A DNA stretch of 36,069 nt from Candidatus Hermodarchaeota archaeon (lineage in GTDB: Archaea; Asgardarchaeota; Lokiarchaeia; Sigyniarchaeales; SOKP01): the NCBI GenBank assembly GCA_048885525.1, contig JBHLLP010000033.1, forward strand, positions 1 through 36,069, given 5' to 3'. The position numbers and the translations under genes are program-made. This document shows, piece after piece, positions 17,024 through 24,385 of the stretch. The first letter of the stretch is position 1; each line of letters begins with the position of its first letter. The notes below the pieces were generated by a model. The model was not told where the DNA came from. It made no database searches and worked only from the letters and a program-made list of their open reading frames with translations.

Positions 17024-19000
17024 CTACGCAATCAGGGGGACGCTTTTATCTATAAAGATTTCATTTATCAAGGGTTTGAGGGAAGGAATATCCTTTAATT
17101 GTACCAATCGGCTTGCTTGATTAAATTTATTAAAAATATTCCAAATTTCTGCATCCTCTTTAACCTTATCTATGAATTGTGCTACTCTTTGCTGCGCGAG
17201 ATATGATTGTCCCTTAAATAAATAACATACGAGGAAGGGATGGAGAGAATTCATAATAATGGTATACTCCCCAAAATTAGCCCTGTTTAGCCCCTCAGAG
17301 AACATCTGATCACTAAAAGAATTGATAGCAGTTAAAAATCCACCAAAAAGATGATCCTCAAAAGCCCATTCCTCAGCAAACGATTCAGAGAATACAGGTC
17401 TTCCACCCTCGGAGATAATCAGAAGAACGATAGGTTCTTCATCAGTAAGCTCAGGAACATCTATTTCTTGTTTTCGGATCATTCTTTCCATCTGTTCATT
17501 TAGATGTGCTAGCTTCATGCGTTCTGACAAAGATGATTCTGATTCTTTAATTTTGTTCCATTCATCTAATCGCTTAAGTAATTCATCGTGTTCATTCGAA
17601 ATTTTGATTGCTAATCGATTAAGACCATATTTTTCTGCTATTTCTTGAGCCTTAGTTAGAAAATATCGAGCTTTTATCAAATCCAACGTTAATAACGCCA
17701 ATTTAGCTTTTAAAAAGTATGTTTCAGCTAATAAAAAATAGGAATTCATCCGTTCAGATTCGTCTAATAAACGAGCGATAATAGATTCGATCTCTTCTAA
17801 AACTTCTAAATCATTGGTTATACGTAATTCGACTAATAATAAATCACATAATTCTAGCATTGGGGCCGCCGAATAAATATTTCCTTCGTCTAAAAGCTCT
17901 TTTAAGATTTCTTCTGCTTGGACTCGATTTTTAGCTCGAGGGCTGGCCTTCAAAATCAAAGCTTTATAATAAAGATGCATCATATTAACATATTCGTCCC
18001 TCAATTGATTGTTTAAACGCTCAATTTGATCAAGATGTTTCTGTGCTGACTCAAGATCGCCCTTATCAATTAAAATTTGAATTAAAACCCCGCGGGCTTT
18101 AGCACTATCTTTTAACATTTCCAACTCAGAATATAATGCTAATCCTCGCTCAGCGTAGTCTAACGCGCGATTATATTCTCCTTTCATTCTATACGTATTT
18201 CCTAGAGAGCAGCACCCTACTGCTATTTCGGATTTATTATTGAGCTCCTTGAAAATCGCTAAACTTTGTTCATAATATTTAATACTCAGATCAAGTTCAC
18301 CCCTAAGGAAATACACTGCATAGATATAGGTTAAACCAAATGCAATTATATATTTATTTTTAAGCTCTTTTTTCTTAACTAGAGCCAGAAATCGCTCGAT
18401 ATACTTTAAAGCATCATTTGTTTCACCCTTTATACGACCTAAGTTATAAATTATTTCCATAAGTGATATAGCGATTTCCTCTTTATCCCCAACCTCTTCT
18501 TGCAATGCTAAACTCTGATAAAGTTGATCTAAAACAAAATTTACATCCCCATTTCGATTAAAGTATTTATTATTAGAAAATGCTTTAACATAAATTATTC
18601 GTGCCTTTCTTTTCTTGTAATCTTTTGGTAATTCTTTAGTTAGGGTTTTCAGTAGTTTTTCTGCCTGCTTAATTGTATCAGAAACTTCCTCTTTTCTATA
18701 AAGAAATACTAAACCTAAAGCCTTAAAACATAAAGCATCAATAGACAGAAGATGTTTACCTAATACTAAACTCTCTCCATACGTTTGTTCAGTAAATTTG
18801 ACAAGATCTTCATATTGCCCTTGTTGGAATAAAAGCTCGCATTTGAGGAGATGACATGACACAATCTCATGAAGATTGCGTTCACCTGTTTCCTCAAATT
18901 TATTCATTAATTGGATCGCTTTTTCGCTCTTTCCCTTGTCTATGAGTTGTTTTACAAGAATTAATTCCTTCGGTTCTAAATAAGTAATATGATTTTCCAT
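17024..19000 (-). CDS. TPR-longin protein, array copy 3
   Basis: Same architecture; ELRITND subtype. Confidence 0.82.
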   Translation of the reverse strand: MENHITYLEPKELILVKQLIDKGKSEKAIQLMNKFEETGERNLHEIVSCHLLKCELLFQQGQYEDLVKFTEQTYGESLVLGKHLLSIDALCFKALGLVFLYRKEEVSDTIKQAEKLLKTLTKELPKDYKKRKARIIYVKAFSNNKYFNRNGDVNFVLDQLYQSLALQEEVGDKEEIAISLMEIIYNLGRIKGETNDALKYIERFLALVKKKELKNKYIIAFGLTYIYAVYFLRGELDLSIKYYEQSLAIFKELNNKSEIAVGCCSLGNTYRMKGEYNRALDYAERGLALYSELEMLKDSAKARGVLIQILIDKGDLESAQKHLDQIERLNNQLRDEYVNMMHLYYKALILKASPRAKNRVQAEEILKELLDEGNIYSAAPMLELCDLLLVELRITNDLEVLEEIESIIARLLDESERMNSYFLLAETYFLKAKLALLTLDLIKARYFLTKAQEIAEKYGLNRLAIKISNEHDELLKRLDEWNKIKESESSLSERMKLAHLNEQMERMIRKQEIDVPELTDEEPIVLLIISEGGRPVFSESFAEEWAFEDHLFGGFLTAINSFSDQMFSEGLNRANFGEYTIIMNSLHPFLVCYLFKGQSYLAQQRVAQFIDKVKEDAEIWNIFNKFNQASRLVQLKDIPSLKPLINEIFIDKSVPLIA

Positions 19001-19099
19001 AGATTATCAGTTTAAGAATATGGATTATAACGGTTTGAATACAATTATATTATTAAGAAAATTGAAATTTTAAATGTAATTAAACTCTCAACTAAAAAA

Positions 19100-21052
19100 C
19101 TAAGCAATAAGGGGGACGCTTTTATCAATAAAAATCTCATTTATCAATGGTTCAAGAGAAGGAATATCTTTTAATTGTACTAATCGGCTTGCTAGATTAA
19201 AATCATTAAATGTCTTCCATATGACAGCATCCTCTTTAACCTTATCAATGAATTTTGCTACTCTTTGCTGTGCGAGATATGATTGTCCCTTAAATAAATA
19301 ACATGCGAGGAATGGTTCGAGAGAATTCATAATAATGGTATATTCACCAAAATTCGCCCTGTTGAGCCCCTCAGAGAACATCTCACCACTAAAGGAATTG
19401 ATGGCAGTTAAAAAACCACCAAAAAGATGATCTTCGAACGCCCATTCTTCCGCAAAGGATTTAGAGAATACGGGTCTACCACCCTGTGAAATAATCAATA
19501 ATACGATAGGTTCCTCATCAGTAAGCTCAGGAACAATAATTTCTCGTTTTCGGATCATCCTTTCCATCTGTTCATTTGGACTTGCTAACTCCAAGCGTTC
19601 AGATAATGGTGCTTTAGATTCTTTTAATTTGTTCCACACATCTAATTGTTTAAGTAATTCATCGTGCTCATTTGATATCTTTATTGCTAACCGATTGAGA
19701 CCATATTTATCTGCTATTTCCTGAGCCTTAATTAACAACTGCCGAGCTTTTTTCATATCCAAGGTAATTAAGGATAATCTTGCTTGGAGTAAATATGTTT
19801 CAGCTAATAGGGAATAAGAACGGGAGTTTTTGACGGTGTCAAACAATTGAGAAATATAAACTTGCAATTCATCTAGTATTTCTGGTTGCCCAGTCGCATG
19901 TAATTCAAATAAGAGCAAATCACATAAGTTAAGGAGAGCTATTTTTAATAATTCATAATCGGAAATTCCTTCTTCAATTAATTGTTTCAACATCTCTTCA
20001 GCCTTACCCCGATTGAGAGCTCGAGGGCTATATTTCTGGAAAATTGCTCTATCTACGTTATATACTATATTAAGTCCTCTTGAATTTTCTCGATCAGCGA
20101 TTTGCTTAATTCGATTCAAGTATTTTTGTGCTTTTTCAAGATCGTTCATATCAAGAGCTAAGTGAAACAAACTATCAGATCTGTAAATTGTATGATACTC
20201 TTCCTTAATAGTTATACTTTTTTCCAGATTTTCTAATGCTCGGCTGAAATCTCCTTTTTCTTGATAAATCATTCCAATATTATTGTACATCGTTGTAATT
20301 AATACTAAATCATTTTCTTTTTCTGCAAATGCTAGTGCTTTTTCATAATAACTAAGAGCTCGATCTAGTTCACCCTTCATACTGTAAATAATTCCAAATT
20401 GATTATAACAACTGTGAATAAGGTTTATTAAGTTGAGATTATTAGCAAGAATTTTACAGGATTCAATAATTTCTAGAGCATGGTTTAAGTCTCCAATAAG
20501 CCAAAAAACCCGCCCAAGTTGAAAAAGAGTCAGAGCAATGTCCGCTTTATGATTGAGTTTTTCTCGTATTACTAGAGATTCCTCCGCACATTCTTTTGCT
20601 TTTTCCAATTCTCCTTTCAGCTGGCATTTAAAGCCTTTTAGCCACAATAGAAAAGCTTTTTTTTTTGTCAGTTCTGTGGATAATTCTTGAGGGAGTATCT
20701 TTAGTATGTCTTCACACTTTTTGATAAATTCATATGCTTCATTCGTCTTATAATGCCAGAGTAAATTATTTGCCATTTGAAGATAGACATCAAGCAATAG
20801 AAGGGAATTTTCAAGCTTTTGACTTTCACGATAAGCCTTTTCGGCATATTTTGCTATTTCATTTCTATCAAAAAAATAATTGGCGAGGCTACTTTTAAGT
20901 GTATAATAATAAATTCGCTCAAAGTAAGGAAGATCTTTTTTCTCTCCAAAAGTATTCACTAATTGGAGTGCATTTTCGATTTTACCTTCATTAATAAGCT
21001 TTTCTGCCTGAATAAGCTCCTTAGGTTCTGAATAAACCATATGTTTTTCCAT
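19100..21052 (-). CDS. TPR-longin protein, array copy 2
   Basis: Same architecture; first 91 aa differ from copy 1 at only 3 positions. Confidence 0.82.
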   Translation of the reverse strand: MEKHMVYSEPKELIQAEKLINEGKIENALQLVNTFGEKKDLPYFERIYYYTLKSSLANYFFDRNEIAKYAEKAYRESQKLENSLLLLDVYLQMANNLLWHYKTNEAYEFIKKCEDILKILPQELSTELTKKKAFLLWLKGFKCQLKGELEKAKECAEESLVIREKLNHKADIALTLFQLGRVFWLIGDLNHALEIIESCKILANNLNLINLIHSCYNQFGIIYSMKGELDRALSYYEKALAFAEKENDLVLITTMYNNIGMIYQEKGDFSRALENLEKSITIKEEYHTIYRSDSLFHLALDMNDLEKAQKYLNRIKQIADRENSRGLNIVYNVDRAIFQKYSPRALNRGKAEEMLKQLIEEGISDYELLKIALLNLCDLLLFELHATGQPEILDELQVYISQLFDTVKNSRSYSLLAETYLLQARLSLITLDMKKARQLLIKAQEIADKYGLNRLAIKISNEHDELLKQLDVWNKLKESKAPLSERLELASPNEQMERMIRKREIIVPELTDEEPIVLLIISQGGRPVFSKSFAEEWAFEDHLFGGFLTAINSFSGEMFSEGLNRANFGEYTIIMNSLEPFLACYLFKGQSYLAQQRVAKFIDKVKEDAVIWKTFNDFNLASRLVQLKDIPSLEPLINEIFIDKSVPLIA

Positions 21053-21154
21053 AAATTATCGGTTAAAAATTTGGATTATAACTTTTCAGATACAAAGAAT
21101 ATATTAAGAAAATTACCATTTTAAATGTAATTTTCTAACAATCTAAATTCGAAC

Positions 21155-23122
21155 CTACGCAATTAGGGGGATACTTTTATCTACAAAGATTTTTGTTATT
21201 AATGGTTCGAGCGAAGGGATATCTTCTAATTGTACTAATCGGCTTGTTTGGTTGTATTCATTAAACGTCTTCCATATGATTGCATCCTCTTTAACATTCT
21301 CAATGAACTTTGCTACTCTTTGCTGTGCGAGATATGATTGTCCCTTAAATAAATAACACACAAGGAAAGGATGGAGCGAATTCATTATGATAGTATACTC
21401 CCCAAAATTAGCTCTGTTGAGCCCCTCAGAGAACATCTCATCGCTAAAGGAATTTATCGCGGTTAAAAAACCACTAAAAAGATGATCTTCGAACGCCCAT
21501 TCTTCTGCAAATGATTCAGAGAATATAGGCCTTCCACCTTCTGAAATAATTAATAATACGATAGGCTCCTCATCCGTAAGCTCAGGAACAATAATTTCTC
21601 GTTTTCGGATCATCCTTTCCATCTGTTCATTTGGGCGCGCTAACTTCATACGTTCAGATAAAGATGCTTTAGATTCTTTTAATTTGTTCCATACATCTAA
21701 TTGTTTAAGTAAATCATCGTGCTCATTCGATATTTTTATTGCTAAACGATTAAGGCCATATCTATCTGCTATTTCCTGAGCCTTAATTAACAACTGCCGA
21801 GTTTTTTTCATATCCAACGTGATTAATGATAATCTCGCTTGGAGTAAATATGTTTCAGCTAGTAAAGAATAAGAACGAGAACTTTTAACAGTGTTAAATA
21901 ATTGGGAAATATAAATTTGTAGTTCATCTAATACTTCTGGATCATTAGAAGCATGTAATTCATAAAGGAGCAAATCGCATAAGTTAAGGAGAGCAATTTT
22001 TGAAGATTCGTAGTCAGAAATTCCCTCTTCAATTAATTGTTTTAAGATCTCTTCAGCTTTACCCCGATTAAGAGCTCGAGAACTAGTTTTCAGATAAATG
22101 GCTCTATCAATGCTATATGGTAGATTATAATAATTTGTTTGATACTTCTCTTGATCTGCAATTTGCCTCATTTGATTTAAGTATCGCTGGGCTTGTTCAA
22201 GATCGTTCATATCAATAGTTAAATGAAATATTGTATCCGAAACAGTAAATATTTCATAATTCGTACCATATTCTTGTTTAATAGCTATACTTTTTTCTAA
22301 ATTTTCTAATGCACAGTTAAAGTCTCCTTTTTCTTGATAGATCATTCCAATATTGTTATAAATACTTGAAATAAAGGTCATATTATTTTCTTTTTTTGCA
22401 AATGGTAATGCTTTTTCAAAATAACTAAGAGCCCGATCTAATTCACCTTTCATAGAGTAAATACACCCAATTTGATTATAACAACGGTGAAGTAGATGTT
22501 TTAAGTTAAGATTATTAGCAAGAGTTTTTGATGATTCAGAATATTCTAAGGCATTTAAGTCTCCAGTTATCCATGAAAACCATCCCAGTTGATAAAGAAT
22601 TAAAGCTATATCTGTTTTAATATTAAGTTCTTCTAGTAATACAAGAGTTTCTTTCCAAAATTCTATAGCTCTTTCCAGTTCTCCTGTTTGTCGAAGGTCC
22701 TCGCCTTTTAACCATAATATATATGCCTTTCTTCTAGTGAGTTCTGTAGATAATTCTTGAGGGAGTTTCTTCAATAGGTTTTCACTATTTTTAATAAATT
22801 CAAATGCTTTCTTTCTCTTAGAATGTAAGAATAAATTAATTGCCATTAGAAGATAAACATCTAGCAAGAGTAGGGAATTTTCAAGCTTTTGACTTTCATG
22901 ATAAGCCTTTTCGGCATATTTTGCCATTTCATTTCTATCAAAAAAATAATTGGCGAGTCTACTTTTAAGTGTATAATAATATATTCGCTCAAAGTAAGGA
23001 AGATCTTTTTTCTCTCCAAAAGTATTCACTAATTGGAGTGCATTTTCGATTTTACCTTCATTAATAAGTTTTTCTGCCTGAATAAGCTCCTTAGGTTCTG
23101 AATAAACCATATGTTTTTCCAT
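21155..23122 (-). CDS. TPR-longin protein, array copy 1
   Basis: Same architecture. Confidence 0.82.
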   Translation of the reverse strand: MEKHMVYSEPKELIQAEKLINEGKIENALQLVNTFGEKKDLPYFERIYYYTLKSRLANYFFDRNEMAKYAEKAYHESQKLENSLLLLDVYLLMAINLFLHSKRKKAFEFIKNSENLLKKLPQELSTELTRRKAYILWLKGEDLRQTGELERAIEFWKETLVLLEELNIKTDIALILYQLGWFSWITGDLNALEYSESSKTLANNLNLKHLLHRCYNQIGCIYSMKGELDRALSYFEKALPFAKKENNMTFISSIYNNIGMIYQEKGDFNCALENLEKSIAIKQEYGTNYEIFTVSDTIFHLTIDMNDLEQAQRYLNQMRQIADQEKYQTNYYNLPYSIDRAIYLKTSSRALNRGKAEEILKQLIEEGISDYESSKIALLNLCDLLLYELHASNDPEVLDELQIYISQLFNTVKSSRSYSLLAETYLLQARLSLITLDMKKTRQLLIKAQEIADRYGLNRLAIKISNEHDDLLKQLDVWNKLKESKASLSERMKLARPNEQMERMIRKREIIVPELTDEEPIVLLIISEGGRPIFSESFAEEWAFEDHLFSGFLTAINSFSDEMFSEGLNRANFGEYTIIMNSLHPFLVCYLFKGQSYLAQQRVAKFIENVKEDAIIWKTFNEYNQTSRLVQLEDIPSLEPLITKIFVDKSIPLIA

Positions 23123-23282
23123 AAATTATCGGTTTAAATACTTGGATTATAACTTTTCAGATACAAGTTATATAATAAGATATTTGCCATTTTAAATATA
23201 ATTAAAACGTGATGTATTTTAAGATATTAAAATTCAGAGAGAAAAAGAATAAAAAATAAAAAAATAAAAAAAATAAGTTATA

Positions 23283-23357
23283 TTATTTAGTAATTGTTGG
23301 GATAATAGGAAATCCAGCACTTTTTACGAATATTGCCTTGCTTGCTTTTCTTTTCAT
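23283..23357 (-). CDS. Unannotated 24-aa peptide MKRKASKAIFVKSAGFPIIPTITK
   Basis: SD-like AGTGAT 7 nt before the ATG, same spacing as the 12697 peptide; homologous promoter; long U-rich tract after the stop (~23242-23275). Confidence 0.7.
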   Translation of the reverse strand: MKRKASKAIFVKSAGFPIIPTITK

Positions 23358-23464
23358 TTTTTTTATCACTTTTTTTTGTTTTATTATTTTGTTTTTTTCT
23401 TAATTTTAATATTGAAATACTTCGTTATATAGTTTTTACCGCAGAACTCTATTCGAAGTTCGAA
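23358..23464 (-). promoter_or_regulatory. Peptide-gene leader, BRE/TATA and operator, copy 2
   Basis: GAACTC-tattcg-AAGTTC at 23444-23461; colinear with 12698-12804. Confidence 0.75.
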
Positions 23465-23614
23465 CATTTATCAAGATAAGAAAACTAGTAAAAAAATTTA
23501 AGAATTAAACTCTCAAAAAAGAATAAAAGACTGTTTAAAAAAGAATAAGATAAAAATTAAAAAAAGAATAAGAAAAGAAACTATTTATACATAAATAGTT
23601 GGGATGTTCATAAA

Positions 23615-24214
23615 TTAATTTAAAAACTTTGATTTCTGGATAAATAAAATATTGGATTTAACGTTAGATTCTTTCAATTTCTTCGATATCTCAACAAAAG
23701 TATTTTCTTCACCAAAATGAACAAAAGTTATTCCTTTATCTTCGCGACCTTTTAAAATCTCTAGAATTCTTTTAGTAATAGCATCCGTTCGTACACGATT
23801 ATTGATGTAATGCTTTAAATCTTTTAATTCATCTGAGTAATCATAAATTAAATAACCTAGCTCTTTAGCAGTTGGAGAATTTTTATCTTCTAATGAATTA
23901 TATGTAGCTTTTAACTCAGAAAGTCTCTCCTGAAGTTCAGTTATTTGACTTGAGAAGTAATCCTTTACATAATGAGGTGATTCAACTGTGAAATAAGGGA
24001 TCTCAAATTGTTTCAACACTTCTGCCAAATAAGTATTATTGAAGTCTCTTAGATTTATACTACCCAAATCAATTGTTGCGAAATGTATAGGAAGATTCCT
24101 TATCTTTTCAACAACATCCTCAATATCTTCTTGTGTAACTTCACCATTTAAATCTCTTATTAAATATCCAGAGAAATCTATATCAGCCAATAATTCAAAC
24201 ATTATACTTGCCAT
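23615..24214 (-). CDS. Hypothetical alpha/beta protein, possibly degenerate TraB/PrgY/GumN (TIKI/EreA-like) fold
   Basis: Start moved to ATG 24214 (MASIMF; SD-like AGTGAA), since the 24277 ATG lies only just 3' of the TATA box, probably upstream of the transcription start. EDIEDVVEKIRNLPIHFATIDL, YLAEVLKQFEIPYFTVES and RTDAITKRILEIL...TFVHFGEEN...LKE resemble TraB/GumN blocks by eye. CDS is confident, family is tentative. Confidence 0.6.
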   Translation of the reverse strand: MASIMFELLADIDFSGYLIRDLNGEVTQEDIEDVVEKIRNLPIHFATIDLGSINLRDFNNTYLAEVLKQFEIPYFTVESPHYVKDYFSSQITELQERLSELKATYNSLEDKNSPTAKELGYLIYDYSDELKDLKHYINNRVRTDAITKRILEILKGREDKGITFVHFGEENTFVEISKKLKESNVKSNILFIQKSKFLN

Positions 24215-24272
24215 TTTATTTTCACTTTTTTTTATTTTGTTTGTTTTTTTTATAATTATATTATAAGATAAG

Positions 24273-24340
24273 TTCATTATATAGTTTTAAATATGAAACT
24301 TCATACGAAGTTCGAACTTAAAAAAAAGTTTATATAGAAT
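24273..24340. promoter_or_regulatory. Back-to-back promoters with operator copy 3 (AAACTT-N6-AAGTTC, plus perfect AAGTTCGAACTT)
   Basis: 44-nt ungapped alignment to the two peptide promoters. Minus-strand TATA at ~24278-24283 and plus-strand AAAAAAGTTTATATA at ~24322-24336 ahead of the regulator. Confidence 0.75.
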
Positions 24341-24385
24341 AAGAAACTACTTATAAATAAGGATAAATTAAGCATAAAAAAAATT

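Larger units (their letters stand above)
12900..23205 (-). repeat. Five-unit tandem gene array (~2.05-2.1 kb unit = upstream element + TPR-longin gene)
   Basis: Gene starts at 14855, 16924, 19000, 21052, 23122. Each is preceded by a version of tggattataacttttcagatacaagttatat..taagaaaattaccattttaaatgtaatt. Confidence 0.92.

Noticed and set aside
12900-23122. Diversity-generating retroelement as the source of TPR variation
   Set aside because: No reverse transcriptase or template/variable repeat pair seen; differences are spread over hundreds of codons and the 3' ends are the most conserved part.
23283-23357. Peptide AIFVKSAGFPII as a mimic of the longin first beta-hairpin (LLIISEGGRPIF)
   Set aside because: Only G-x-P-I plus hydrophobic pattern match; too short to distinguish from chance.
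24215-24277. N-terminal extensions given by the ORF track (also 1232-1342, 4379-4396, 28301-28357)
   Set aside because: They run through promoter or poly-A/T leader sequence; downstream ATGs fit SD position, paralog length or family N-termini better.
12761-24319. CRISPR or other spaced repeat array from recurring gaagttcgaa and tggattataac motifs
   Set aside because: Copies are 0.8-10 kb apart and tied to promoters; no spacer periodicity and no cas genes.
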